From the human T2T-CHM13v2.0 reference genome, Homo sapiens, in NCBI GenBank assembly GCA_009914755.4, contig CP068257.2, positions 31,584,001 through 31,648,000 on the forward strand: a stretch of 64,000 nt of DNA, in the 5' to 3' direction. How positions within the stretch are numbered: the stretch's first letter is position 1; every line of letters starts with the position of its first letter. Positions 1 through 16,786 of the stretch are shown here, piece by piece. Under the pieces are notes generated by a model. That model did no database searches and was not told the origin of the DNA. It saw only the letters and a list, made by a program, of their open reading frames with translations. The translations under genes and the position numbers were made by a program.

Positions 1-1394
1 TGATTGCATTCTCCCTGGGGTGAGTTTGGGGACCATCGAAGGGTCCTATACCCAAAACCTAAGATTGAGTCTAGGCACCTTCATTAGCCCTTACCAGCCT
101 CATTTGAGCAGCGTGCCCACTGGGGCTACTCCCATAGAAGAGCAGGATCTCCTACAAATCCATCAGGTCCTCATGCACAGAGATCTCCCAGCAGATGGCC
201 ATGGGTCATTGGGAGACCCAAGAAACTTGAGAAACAGTTGATGAGACTTGGGTTGTTGTTGTTTTTTTATGAATCTACATTTCTGTAGTAACTCACTGAA
301 TGATATTCAATAATGTCTATGCAAAATTAACTCATTGCCACAATCTAAAGCAAGCTTGAGAAATGGTCTGGACACCACAGGACTGTGGCAGCCACAGAGC
401 CCTGGCACCTTCCCTGTGAGAAGGCTGGTGGGGTGAGGCTGTGGGCAGAACCAAGCCCAAGTTAGTGACCCTAGCTTAAAAAGAGAGTGAAAGAGGAAGC
501 CAATGAGCAATTCTGAGAATCAGAGGTGGAGAAACCAGGTCACGTGCATGTGGTTAAGTCACTGGGTCAAAGTTGGGTGTGCTGGAAGCTGTTGCGTCTT
601 TCTCAATCTTACAAAGCCAGGAGTTTGCCAAGGCTGCAATGCCCTATTAGTAAAGGTTGAGCATCCAAATCCCAAATCCAATATGCTCCATAATCTGAAA
701 CTTTTTGAGCACTCAGTGGAACTCCTGGAGCATTTTGGATTTGAGATGTTTACATTAGAGTCGCTCAACCTGTAGCAACATGTAGCAGCTGAGCAGGAAG
801 AAGCAGTCCCTCCCCACTCATTTCCTTCCACCTGCCTGGGGTGGCTAAGGAGGGCAGCTGGAGAAAGACAGAGGCTACATGTGGTCAAACTTTAGTCTGC
901 AGTTTCTCAGTCAGAGACTCAGTGAGGGAACCGGCCCCCACTGTCCTCACATGTGCAAATTTGAAGTTGACCTCATAGCTTCTCATGAACAATGCCATCT
1001 GGAACCTCAGCCAGGGCCTCCCAAGAGGAAGCCAGAGTTGAATATTTGGCCTCACAAGCAAATGTGACCAATGAGATGTTCATGCCAGAGTCAGGGCTAG
1101 ATTCGGTTCCCCTAATTTGGCACTCCTTCCCCTGACCCCCTGGGAGACTAGAAAGTTGTAGGGGTATGGATTTTGTGAAGAGAAGGATCAAACCCACATT
1201 AGTAGTCTCTCCAGCCCAGAGAAATGCTTTCACTGAGTCACCTTCCATCAGGCAGTCTTTGATACACAAGAGTATTCCATGTTTAAAATGTTCTTTCTCC
1301 ACAAACCTCCTTCGTGATCCTCTCTCCACAGATAATATTGCCACATATTTCCTGTTAAGAGCATGTAAGCCCAAAATATCTGAGACAGGTCTCG

Positions 1395-1860
1395 GTAAAT
1401 TTCAAAAGTTTATTTTGCCAAGGTTAAGGACACACCCATGACAAATCCATGACACAGCCTCAGGAGGTTCTGACAACATGTGCCCAAGGTGGTCGGGGCA
1501 CAGTTTGGATTTATACATTTTAGGGAGACATGAGACATCAATCAATATGTGTAAGATGTACATTGGTTTGGTCCGGAAAGACGGGACAACTCAAGGCGAG
1601 AAGGGGGCTTCCAGGTCATAGGTAGGTAAGAAACAAACGGTTGCATTATTCTGAGTCTCTGATGAGCCTTCACTGAATACACAATTTACACATGAGTGGA
1701 GAGTAGAAGAATAGTCTGGCTTAGCGAAACAATAGGGCAGAGGAAACAATCAGATATTCATTTGTCTCACGTGAGCAGAGGGGCACTTTGAGTTCTGTCC
1801 TTTGTCCACACAAGGAATTTCCTTGTGGGCAAAGTGTGAGAGAAGTATGTAGCTTTTTTT
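1395..1860. repeat. LTR-like interspersed repeat, copy 1 (family unassigned), homologous to 7549-8465.
   Basis: About 80-85% identity by eye to the second copy, across gtttatt...gcccaaggtggtcggggcacag..ttatacattttagggagacatgagacatca...cattggtt...ggcttccaggtcacaggtag. Confidence 0.5.
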
Positions 1861-2699
1861 TTTTTTTTTTAAATCATTGTTGCTGTCTTATTTAGGAATG
1901 AAATAGGAGGCAGGTTTGCCTGACACAGTTCCCAGCTTGACTTTCCCTTGGCTTAGTGATTTTGGGGTTGTTGAAAGAAAAACTTTAGCTGAATTAAATT
2001 TAAAGGAGTTTAATTGAGCAATGAATGATTCACTGCAAATCGGGCAACCCCCAGAATCACAGCAGATTCAGAGAGACTCCAGCCCCTCCACATGGTGGGA
2101 AAAGTTTGATGGACAGCAAAAAAAAAAAAAAAAGTGACCTACAGAAAATGGTAGTGAGGTACAGAAACAGCTAGATTGGTTACAGCTCAGTGTTTGCCTT
2201 ATTTGAACATGGTTCTGACAGTTGGCTACATCTCATTGGCCAAAATTCAGTGATCGACACAAGTGTAGGCTACAGTCAGTTTATACCTCGACTTGTTATA
2301 GTTCACGATGTACAGAAAAACCTTTAGGCCGAACTTAAATATATAAGAAGCCAGCTTTAGGTTAAACTTGATTTAACTTTCCCAGTGGGTTTCAAGACCA
2401 AATAAGTAACTTACTTTGGTAATAATGACATCAATGACTACAGTTTTGGTCAATCTCTCAAAATTGAGAAAATGACCAAAAGGGGGGAAGTGTTAAATCA
2501 GTTGGGTCCATCAATGATAGCAAACATTCTGCACAAATGCAAGATGTTGATAATAGGAAAACTGACAGCATGGGCTCAGGGTGGGGAGTTCAGAGGAAGT
2601 ATATGGAACTCTCCATACTTTTCACTCAATTTTTCTGTAAACCTAAACCTGCTTTAGAAAAGAAAGTCTATTAATTTCAAAATATAAAAATAAAAATAT

Positions 2700-3250
2700 C
2701 CACCCTTGCCCCGCAAGGCCTCCTTTGGTTCCCAGCCATTCTTTTGCTCACTTATACAGCAAAACTTCCAAATTGGTTTCTCTCACCTCCAATATTTTTT
2801 TCTCAGCCCTCTCTCTGTAGTAGTTTCCTACTGCAGCTGTCACAAATGATCACAACCTTAGTGGCTTAAACAACACAAGTTTATTATCCTACAGTTCTGG
2901 AGGTCAGAAGTCAAGGTGCTGGCAAGGCTATGTTCCTTTTGGAAGCCTCCTGCATTCCTTGGTTCATGGCCCCTGACACTTCATCTTCAAAGCCAGCAGC
3001 ACAGCCTCTTTCAGTGTCTGGCCTCCTCTTCTGTCCTTCCATCTTCTTTCTCTGACTCTGATTCTCCTGCCTCCCTTTTATGAAGACCTCGTGATTACTT
3101 TGAGCCCACCTGGATAATCCAGGATCACATCCCTATCTCAATATTCTTCATTTGGTCAAATCCGCAAAATCCCTTTGAACATGTAAGATATTATATTCAC
3201 AGATCCTGGGGATTAGGAGGTGGACATTTTGGGGGGCCATTGATCAGCCT
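2700..3250. repeat. Ancient LTR/MaLR-like repeat (family uncertain).
   Basis: Matches a common mammalian interspersed repeat: ...acaaatgatcacaaccttagtggcttaaacaacacaagtttattatcctacagttctggaggtcagaagtc...ggataatccaggatcacatccctatctcaa...ttctggggattaggaggtggacattttgggggg. Confidence 0.4.
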
Positions 3251-3663
3251 TCCACCTTCTCTAACTGGTCTCTCCTGAAATAGCTCTTTTCAGTAGGTTA
3301 CCGGCAGCCTCTGGGTTGCAAAGGCCCAGGGTCACTCCCTCATCTTGCTTGAGCCCTCAGCCACATTCAGCAAGAGTGATCTCTCCCTTCTTCTCAAGAA
3401 ATTCTCTCCTCTTGGCTTTCATGACATCCAGTCTCCATGCTCCTGGGTCCCCTGGCCTTGCTTCTCTACTGGATGTCTAAACATGGTCGTGACCCAGGGC
3501 CCCACCCTCAGCCCTCTTCATCTGTTCTTTAGGTGAACCCATACAAATGATGGCTCCAGCTCTATGCTGATGATTCACAAGTTTACATTTCCACCTCACA
3601 CTTTTCCACTGAGGCCTGAAATTGTATATCTCCTTGATGCTGTCTTTATATGTCTTCAATACC

Positions 3664-4038
<375 letters not shown>

Positions 4039-4494
4039 TGAGCTATTTCCTGGTGCCCCATCACCCCTAAAGACTTTTTGTGTGTATTTCCTACAAACAA
4101 GGACATTGTCCTACCTAACTATAATACCACCATCAAAGCAGAAAATTAACTTTGATTCATTAATACCATCTAATCCTCTGACCACCTTCAAGTTTCACCT
4201 GCCATGTCTGTTATGGTAAAAGGATCCAGTTCAGAATCATGAATCACATGTAGTGGTCACGTATCTAGTTTCCTTCAGTCTTGAATGGTTGCCCAGACTT
4301 TGGCCTTCAAGACCTTGACACTTATGGAGACTACAGGCCAGTTATTTCGTAGGATGTCTATGATCGGCTTCCATGGACATCCTTTCCTTCCCCCCATGTA
4401 AAGGCCTCCATAGAAAGTATAAGATGGAAGTATATATTTGTGCATCATCAACATAGAGCTGGAACATTAAGCCACCAGTTGCAGGAGTCACCTA

Positions 4495-4915
<421 letters not shown>

Positions 4916-6764
4916 TCATCACTTCCTGTTGCATGATGCACAGCTCTGCTTTGTCTCATTATTGATGACGTTCAATTTTACCATTTAAGATGACCTCACC
5001 AGGGTTTGCCACTGTAAAATTATTCTTTTCCCCTTTGTAATTAATAAGCATTTTTGTGATGAGACACTTTGAGACTATATAAATGTATTGTTCTTCATCA
5101 AATTTTCTATTTATTCAGTATTTAAAAAGGAAAACACAGGTGTAAACTCCCAATACGTAGCTTGTCTTTTCATTATCTTAACAGTGTTTTTCACAGAGCA
5201 GAACTTTTTAATTTAAATAAAATCCAATTTTTTTTTTATTTAATGGATTGTGCTTTTGGTGTTGGATCTAAAAGTCATCACCAAACTCAAAGACACCTAG
5301 ATTTTCCCCTTTGTTATCTTGTAGAATTTTTTGAGTTTTGCCTTTTACATTTAGGTCTATGATCCAGTTCAAGTTAATTTTTGTGAAAGGTATAAAGATG
5401 TGTGTCTCAATACATCTTTTCACATATTCAGTTGTTCCAGCACCATTTGTTGGAAAGATAATTCTTTCTCCATTGGATTGTCTTTACTGCTTTGTCAAAG
5501 ATCAGTCTACTGTATTTTTATGGGTCTATTTCTGGGCTCTCTATTCTGTTTCTTAGGTCTATTTGCTTATTTTTTCACCAATACCACACTGTCTTGATTA
5601 TTATAGCTTTATAGTAAATCCTGAAGTCAGATAGTATCAGTCTTCCAGCTTTATTCTACTTCAGCATTATGTTAGCTATCTGGGTCCTTTGTCTTTTCAC
5701 ATAAACTTGAGAATCAGTTTGTCGCTATTCACAAAATAACTTGTTGGGATTTTGGTTGAGATTCCATTAAATATATATCAAATTGGGAAGAATTAACATT
5801 TTAACACTACTGAGTCTTCCTATCCATTAACATGGACTATCCCTCTATTTTTTTTTTGATCTTTTATTTCTTTCATTAATGTTTTATATTTCTCCTCATA
5901 CAAATCTTCTACGTATTTTGTTAGATTTCTCTCTCTCTCTGTCACTCTGTGCTAGTGTAAATGGTATTGTACTTTTAATTTCAAATTCTAATTGTTCATT
6001 CTTGATATATAGGAAAGCAATTGACTTTTGTATAGTAATCTTGTATCATGTAACCTTATTACCATTTAAAACACTAACTATTTCTAGGAGTGATTTGTGA
6101 GGGTTTTTTTTTTAAATCAGTTCTTTGGAATTTCCTATGTAGATAATTATGTTATCTGCAAATTTAAAAAGTTTTATTTATTCTTTCCCAATCTGTACAT
6201 CTTTCTTTTTCTTATCTTATTGTATTACCTAGTACTTCCAGTACAATGTTGATAAGACTAATGAAATGGATATCCTTGCTTTCCTCCTAATCTTAGGGAA
6301 GATGCATCCAGTTTTTCACAATAAAGCATAATATCAGCTGTAGGGTTTTTTGTAGACATTCTTTAACAAGTTGAGAACATTCTCTCTTCCTAGTTTGCTC
6401 AGAGTTTTTATCACAAATGTTAGATTTTGTCAAATGCTTTATCTTCATCTATTGATAGGTGATTTTTCTTCTTTAGCCTGTTGATATGATGGATTACATT
6501 AATTGATTTTCAAAGGATGAGCCAGCCTTGTGTAACTAGAATAAATCTTATTTAATCATGGCCTATAATTTCTTTTATATATGGTTGGATTTGGCTTACT
6601 AATATTTTGTTGGGAATTTCTGCGTCTATGTTCATGAGAGATATTGGTCTATAGTTGTCCTTTCTTGTATTGTCTTTACTGGTTTTACCATTAGGGTGAT
6701 GCTGGCTTCACAGAATAAACTAGAAAGTGTTCCCTCTACTTCAATTTTCTAGAAGACATAATAG

Positions 6765-7067
<303 letters not shown>

Positions 7068-7548
7068 TGATTCAGTTCTTTAATAGATACAGGACTATTT
7101 TGACTATCTATTTCTCCTTGTGTGAGTTTTGATAGATTGTGTCTTTCAAGAAATTAGCCCATTTCATCTAAGTTAATAAATTTGTGGGCACGAAATTGTT
7201 CATAATATTTCTTTATTATCCTTTGAATGTCCATAGGATTAGTAGTGATGACCTCTCTTTCATTTCTAATATTGGTAATTTGTGTCTTCTCTCTCTTTTT
7301 TTTCTTGGTTAGCCCACCTAGAGGTCTATGAGTTTTACTGATCTTTCAAAGAATGAGCTTTTGGTTTGGTTGATTTTCTCTATTCATTTTCTGTTTTCAA
7401 TTTCTTTGATTTCTGTTTTAATTTTTATTAATTCTTTTCTTCTGTTTGTTTTAGGTTACATTGATCTTCTTTCTCTAGTTTCCCAAGGTAGAAGCTTAGT
7501 TTTTGATTTTAGGTCTGTGTTCTGTCAACAAAAAGAGTCAAACTCTGT

Positions 7549-8465
<917 letters not shown>

Positions 8466-9226
8466 TGGTTTACACTTCTTTTCTTGTGTATTCATTTAAT
8501 GCCATACATTTTCCTCTAAGCACTGCTTTCATTTTATTCCACAAATTTTGATGTTTTATTTTCATTTTTATTCAGTTAAAATATTCCAATTCTTCCTAAG
8601 TCTTCTTCTTTGACCCATGTGTTATTTACAAGTTTATTGTTTAATCTCCAAATATTTTGGGACTTTTTCTAGCTATCTGTTATTGATTTCAAGTTTAATT
8701 CCATAAGATCTAATAGTATATTTTGTGTGATTTCTATTCTTTCAAATTTGTTAGCATGAGTTTTATGGCCCAGAATGTGGTCTATTTTAATTAATGTTTC
8801 ACAAGAACTTGAGAATGGGTATTCTGCTGCTGTTAGATGACATATTCTATAAATGCCAGTTAGATCAAATTAATTGATGGTGCTGGTCATCTCAACTATA
8901 TCCTTACTGATTCTCTCCCTGCTGGCTCAATCTGTCAATTACTGATAAACAGATATTGAAAACTCCAACTGTAATGATGGATTTGTCTATTTCTCCTTGC
9001 AGTTCTATTAATTTTTGCATCATATATTTAGACACTTTGGAGTTGGGTGCATATACACTAAGGACTGTTATGCTTTCTTGGAAAGCCGACTTTCTTATCA
9101 TTATATAATTGTCTTTTACCCCAGATAATTTTCTTTGTTCCGAAATCTGCTTGCCTGAAATTAATACAGCTACTCCAGCTTTCTTTTGATTAATGTTAGA
9201 ATGTCATATATTTCTCCATTTTTCTT

Positions 9227-9436
9227 CTTTTTTTTTTGAAACTGGATCTGCCTCTGTTGCCCAGCCTGGAGTGCAGTGGCACAATCATAGCTCACTACAG
9301 CCTTGAACTCCTGGGCTCAAGTGATCCTCCCACCTCAATCTCCTGAGTAACTAGGACTACAGGCACCTGCCACTACACCCAGCTAAAATTTTTTTGTTTT
9401 TTGTTTTTTTGGTTTTACTATGTTGGTCAGGTTGGC
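9227..9436 (-). mobile_element. Partial Alu (antisense, about 210 bp).
   Basis: Poly-T, then ...gcccagcctggagtgcagtggcacaatcatagctcactacagcc...ggttttactatgttggtcaggttggc. Confidence 0.8.
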
Positions 9437-9717
9437 ATTTTTAAAAATGTAATCTATCAGTGTCTCTATATTTAAAGTGGGTTTCTGGTAGACAATATAT
9501 AGTTGGCCCTTGATTTATTTTTAAATCCACTCTATTAGTCTCTGTCTTTTAATTGGTACACTTAGACCATTCACTTAAATATACTATTGATAGTTAGATT
9601 AATATCTCCCATATTTGTAACTGTTTTCTATTCAATGCACTTGTTCTTTTTATGTTTATTGTTGTTGCTGTTATTGTTTTTCTTCCTTCTCTTTTTCTGC
9701 CTTCTCTGTTGTTGTTG

Positions 9718-10021
<304 letters not shown>

Positions 10022-10059
10022 CTTCTCTGGTTTTAATTGAATATTTTATATGATTCCAT

Positions 10060-10640
10060 TCTCCCCTCACTTAGCACATTAATTGTATTAGTCAGGATTC
10101 TCTAGAGGGACAGAACTAATAGGACAGATGTATATATGAAAGGGAGTTTATTGGGAGAATTGATTCACATGATCACAAGGTGAAGTCCCACGATCAGCCA
10201 TCTGCAAGTTGAGGAGCCGGAAAGCCAGTCCAAGTCCCAAAAGCTCAAAGTAGGGAAGCCAACAGTGCAGCCTTCAGTCTGTGGCCAAAGGCCTGAGAGC
10301 CCCTGGCAGATCACTGGAGTGAAGTCCAAGAGTCTAAAAGCCGAAGAACTTGGAATTTGATGTTTGAGGGCAGGAAACATCCAGCATGGGAGAAAGATGG
10401 AGGCCAGAAGACTTAGCCAGTCTAGCCTTTCCCCCTTCTTCTGCCTGTTTTTATCCTGGCCATGCTGGCAGCTGATTAGATGGTGCCCACCCAGATTGAG
10501 GGTGGGTCTGCCTTTCCCAGTCCACTGACTCAAATGTTAATCTCCTTTGACAACACCCTCACAGACACACCCAGGAACAATACTTTGCATCTTTCAATTC
10601 AATCAAGTTGAAACTCACTATTAACCATCACATTAATTAT
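10060..10640. repeat. Ancient LTR/MaLR-like repeat (family uncertain).
   Basis: Contains gattagatggtgcccacccagattgagggtgggtctgcctttcccagtccactgactcaaatgttaatctcctttgacaacaccctcacagacacacccagg, a common interspersed-repeat sequence. Confidence 0.4.
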
Positions 10641-11320
10641 ACTTCTTTTTAACAAATCTTTAGTGACTGCCCTAGAGTTTGCAATATACATTATAACTAA
10701 TCTAAGTCCATTTTCAAATAACAATACACTAATTCATGGGTAGTACACAAGTATCTTAGAAAAGAGTATCCCCAATTTCTCCCTCTCAACCCTTATAACA
10801 TTGTTATTATACATTTCACTTATTCATAAGCTATAATCACCCAATATGTTGCTGCTATTATTATTTGGACAATTATTCTCAACCTGATAAAGAACATCTA
10901 CAGAATCCCTACAGCTACTCACAGAACTCAGGAAAGCACTTTACTTACTATTACCGGTTTATATAAAAGATACAATTCAGGAACAGCCAAGTGGAAGAGA
11001 TACCTAGGACAAGGTATGGGAGAAAGGGGCACTGAGCTTCCATGCCGTCTCTAAGTGTACCAACCTCCCAGAACTTTAATGTGTTAACCAACCCAGAAAC
11101 TCTTCAAACTCTGTTGGTTGTTCAGGGGTTATTTATGGAGGTTACATCATGTAGGCATGATTGATCATTAACTCAGTCTCTAGTCCCTCTCTCCTTCCTG
11201 GAGGTTGGGGTGGAGGGGGTAGGGCCAAAAGTTCCAGGCTTTATTGATTATTGGGCTTGGTCTTTTTGGTGACCAGCCTCCATCTAAAAGCTATCCAGGG
11301 GCTCACCAAGAGTAGCCTCA

Positions 11321-11691
<371 letters not shown>

Positions 11692-12812
11692 TTAGGAGCT
11701 CTAGGCAGGAACCAGACCATATATTTTTCTATGAAAAAACAAAACCCTTAGCATAGCGATCATCATGATTTTAAATTCCTAGTCTGATTTGCAAATTCTC
11801 TGCCATCTCCGAGTCTTATTTCTAAGCTTGCTTTGTCTCTTCCAATTGTGCTTGGTGTTGTCTGCCTTTCAGCATGCCTTGTAATTCGTTGTTAAAAACT
11901 AGATATAACATATCAGGTCATGGGAGCTGAGATAAATGGCCCTTTAGGATAAGGTGTTAGGTTTATCTGGCTAAGAGTTAGGCTGTGTTAAATGTTTGCT
12001 GTAGTTGTAGGTGTCAGAGGCTTCAGTTTTATTTAGTGTCCTCATTTTTGTCTCCTCCATTGTCTTTGGGTTTTCCTAGAAATGCCTTCTTAAATGGAGT
12101 TGTAATCCACCGTTATTATACTACAGAGTCCTGTTGATGTGGTGGTAAGATACTGTGGAGGCAAAACATTCTACAATCTTATGATTAATTCCCAGAGTTT
12201 TCTTTAATGGGCCTGAGTCTCTGGGCTATGACCCTCCGAGAAGTTTCTTAACTTTTGCTTTTTTCCTCCAGTCATGATAGACAGGAAGGCTAGAGGGGGC
12301 TGAGTTGTCTAATTGCCCTTCTGCTAGGTCAGTTTAGGCTCCAGTAATGTAATTGCCCTGAGGACAGGTTTTTGTTACAGAACACTCTGGGCATATCTCA
12401 AAATGTTTACTTTTCCCCTCCCACCGGCCAGTCAGGAATTTTTCTGTGGTCTTTACCATGAGAACTTGGTAGAGCTTCTTGGAGTAAACCTTTAACAATT
12501 TGGGGAGCATCCCTCTAAGACTGAGTACCCAACAGTGTTTAATTCTCAAGCTAGTCCACACTCAGTCTCCAGCAATTAGTCAATTACAATTTAAGTTTTG
12601 CTATGATTTCAGAGGCTTCTGGTCCCTGTAAACTGTGATTCTTTGCATTTGTCTGTCTTTCAGTTTTTGCAGTTTGCCCTGTGACTCAATTCACTGATAC
12701 TGAAACAAGAAGAGTTGTTAATCTTCAATTTGTTCAGCTTTTCTCTTGTTGTGGGGAGTGGAGTGACAGCTTTCAAGCTCTTCACACCTTGGCATAGACT
12801 GCATTTGCTTTT

Positions 12813-13060
12813 GTTTTGTTTTGTTTTTTGTTTGTTTGCTTGTTTTGAGACGGAGTCTCGCTCTGTCGCCCAGGCTGGAGTGCGGTAGCGCAATCTTGGC
12901 TCACGGCAAGCTCCACCTCCTGGGTTAACGCCATTCTCTCGCCTCAGCCTCCTGAGTAGCTGGGGCTACAGGCGCCCGCCACCACACCTGGCTAATTTTT
13001 TTTTTTTTTTTTTTTTTTTGGTATTTTTAGTAGAGACGGGGTTTCACCGTGTTAGCCAGG
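12813..13060 (-). mobile_element. 5'-truncated Alu (antisense). TSD gactgcatttg.
   Basis: T-rich tail, then ...gagacggagtctcgctctgtcgcccaggctggagtgcggtagcgcaatc...gtttcaccgtgttagccagg, ending mid-element. The flanks gactgcatttg are duplicated. Confidence 0.85.
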
Positions 13061-13710
13061 ACTGCATTTGTTTTTTAAAAAATCTTTTTCCTAATTATAT
13101 AAGTAAGGATGTTTACTGTAGAATGTTTGGAAAGGAAACAAAATAAAAATCACCTACTATCATCCAATCTGCAATAAGTCATAGTTAAGGTTTTGACATA
13201 GTTTTATTTTTAATATATATGTTTATATAAAAGAGTGCATGCAGCACATGGAGTTTGGTATTGGATTTCTCCCATTTTCAGAGGCTATTTCTGCAAATTC
13301 TCTAAAACTGTGGCTGAAAATATTTTCAATGTTGAATGTCTTTTATAAGAAATAGGATCCTAGATAAGTTCCCTTCAGATCGTATGGGGCTGGTGGGAAT
13401 TCTGCCAAGGGTCACATAAGAGGCAGGACCGTGACATCCTCTTTATGATCACCCTTGTGCCTAGCCTTAAAGGAGTATCAGCAAATGTTGGTTGACTTCA
13501 TAGATTAAAAGGCTCATTTTTCCCATCTACAAAAAGTATGAAACATCCTCCTCCTCCCTTTCCTAGGAGGCCAGAAAGCTGAACGAGAGATTAAATACTC
13601 AGTTAAAACAATTTAGGTGGTTAGTGTATCTTTTCCCTCTCCTTCAAAAAGATATTAACATTTCCATTTTAGTAGCTGTAATGTTTAGAATATACATACA
13701 TTTTACTTGA

Positions 13711-14048
<338 letters not shown>

Positions 14049-14449
14049 CCTCATAGTCTATTTTAGAAGTTGACAGGCTATAAATAACAAGCAGACAAAT
14101 TAATGAAGAACATCTGTCTTTCTGCCTATCCCGAAACACGTTGATCAGTGGGGGGTCGAGGGAAGGGTAGGAGTATGGAGAAGAGACCCGCGGAGAAGAG
14201 GGGAGAATCTACAACGGATAATGTTGTAGATATTTACAACATTTACTCAATGGTAGGTATTTTTATCCTCGTTTTACTAGTTGGAGAATTATATCATGCA
14301 GGTTTATACAATTAACAAGTGGGGGAGCCAGGAGAGAACCCATTCACTCTTTAGTTCATTCATTCATTCAGTCAGTCAACACATCTTTGGGTGTCTTCTA
14401 AATGCCAGGCACTATTCTAACCCCTAAGGATACTTCAGTAAACAAAACA

Positions 14450-15700
14450 GTCCCAAATTCTTCCCCTATGGAGCTTTCTCGGCGAAGGCGGGATTGGTTA
14501 GGAGCTGACAATCGGCAGCAGACGATTGTAAATGACCGGACCTTTTTTCTATTCTCCTGCCCAGCCCCCGGCCCGGCCTCCGCCTCCGGCCCTGCTCCAG
14601 CCCCGCCAGCGGCCCAGGACCCGCCCCTGGCTCCGGCCCCGCCCCTGGCTCCGCCCCCGCCCCCGCGCCGGCGGCGGCGCGGCGCCCGCGCTTCCGTAGC
14701 GCTCCTCGTAGGCCGGGGCTCGGCGCGCGCACCCGCACTAAAGACGCTTCTTCCCGGAGGGTAGGAATCCCGCTGGCGAGCCGAACAGTTCCCCGAGCGC
14801 AGCCCGCGGACCACCACCCGGCCGCACGGGCCGCTTTTGTCCCCCGCCCGCCGCTTCTGTCCGAGAGGCCGCCCGCGAGGCGCATCCTGACCGCGAGCGT
14901 CGGGTCCCAGAGCCGGGCGCGGCTGGGGCCCGAGGCTAGCATCTCTCGGGAGCCGCAAGGCGAGAGCTGCAAAGGTAACGCAGCGTGGCGGGGTCGCGGG
15001 AGCGGAGCGCGTGGCCAGCTGACTGGAGGGAAAACGCCGCCTCCCTGCAGCGGTTCCCGGAATCCCCTCCGGTTCCCTCTCGCTCTCCCCGACTCCTCCT
15101 CCTCCTCCTGCCCTCCCTCTGCGTCTTGAGTATGCGGCTAGTGCGCCCTTCCTCTCTCCCGGGGCCGCACCTGCGACCCCAGGACCCCTCCCGGGCCCTG
15201 TCCTGCGCCCTCCACGCGTCGCCCCTGCTGGGAGTCCGCTTTCGTTGCACCCCTCCGCGTCCCACCCCACCCCACCAAGGATGCCCAGGATACCGGGCAT
15301 TTGCCACTGCAAGATGTGAGTCGTTGCTAAGTTTGAGGGTCACATTCCTCCAGGTCCACCCCGCCTTGCAAAACCGGCTCACCAGCCGGGTGCTCAGGTT
15401 CGGGATCTCCAGCCCGCCCCCTTGAGGTCCCCTGGGATTAGCCCCCCTCGACCTGCGTCAGGGTCACAGACTGCAGCCGGGGCTGGAGCGGCCTACACCC
15501 CTCCGGATCCGCTGCGTGGAGGCAGGAGGGGGAAGGGGCGAGGGGACGTGGCCGCGGAGACAGAAGGGTGCACGCTCCCAGGGTCGGAGAGGGGAGATAC
15601 TGGGAAGATACTCCGCGAATATGGAGAGGCGATCGGCACTTGCATTTCAACCCTGAGCAAATCAATCCGTTACACGCAGTAGCGAGTTGACTCCATCAGC
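14450..15700. promoter_or_regulatory. IFNAR2: CpG island / IFNAR2 promoter region. Very GC-rich, with tandem Sp1-type GC boxes (ccccgcccc) at about 14600-14670.
   Basis: The sequence switches abruptly to CpG-rich, GC-rich composition. Long stop-free ORFs appear in all frames, which is typical of a CpG island. The segment lies directly upstream of the exon-1 donor. Confidence 0.7.
14700..14974 (+). other. IFNAR2: IFNAR2 exon 1 (5'UTR, non-coding). The 3' end is fixed at the donor caaag|gtaacg; the 5' end (TSS) is approximate.
   Basis: A donor GT sits at 14975-14976, immediately after ...GCGAGAGCTGCAAAG. This matches the recalled 5'UTR junction onto exon 2 (TTTAATTAGACACTTCAG...). The exon lies inside the CpG island. 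Confidence 0.45.
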
Positions 15701-16421
15701 CGGTTTATTTGGTTAGCGATGGTTATATTGACTCTGAGTATTCCCACCTCCTTTCTTTTAACATTTTTTTTTTTATTTCCTTGTTTTGTTTAGCAAGAAG
15801 TCTTAGAAACGAATATAGCATGCTTGGGCGTTGATTCAGTGGTGAGAAGTGCCGGAGCTGGCTCAGGGAGAGGTGGAGTTTCCCATGTGTGCTCACTGGC
15901 CCAGGGGCTAAGTCCCACTGCTTGCCAAGGTTTCTCAGTATCCTGTCCACCCACCCCCTATCCACCTGTGCAGGCTTGAGGGGGTGAGGGGGTAGCAGAT
16001 ACTCTATCAAAATCTACCCTAAGGAAAATATTCGATAAACACTCCTAGCAATTAGGGCATAGCTGATAAGGCTTGATCTGTTTGTCGCAGAAAATGACTT
16101 GAACTTGTAAGTTCTATTGTTCATAAAGTTGTTTTCCACAATTTTAGATAATCAAAAATGTACATGACTCATTTTTCTTACCTATTATTTCCTCTAAAGT
16201 TTCTCATGTATTTATTGAAAAGTTAAAGAAAATCTGATTTTGGTTCACATAATTTGACAATGGTGATTTGTCTAAAAGTCATTTCAAAAAGTAATATGAA
16301 AAGGATCATAACCCTAGAGGTACTGTCATAGAAGTGAAACATTTATTAAAATATATATTCCATGGCTCACACTTGCACACTCAAAGCCACATTGGACTCA
16401 TTTTTTCTGCTACCTTTATAA

Positions 16422-16786
<365 letters not shown>

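Noticed and set aside
20-241. 73-aa ORF at the window edge (MSLGTIEGSYTQNLRLSLGTF...).
   Set aside because: It has no recognisable homology from memory and lies in repeat-rich intergenic DNA upstream of IFNAR2. It might be a degraded ERV or DNA-transposon internal fragment, but I cannot support a call.
14398-15425. Multiple long ORFs (up to 304 aa) on both strands, overlapping each other.
   Set aside because: They lie entirely within a GC-rich CpG island. Stop codons are AT-rich and therefore rare here. The translations are low-complexity (R/G/P/A-rich) and mutually overlapping in several frames. This is the IFNAR2 promoter and non-coding exon 1, not coding sequence.
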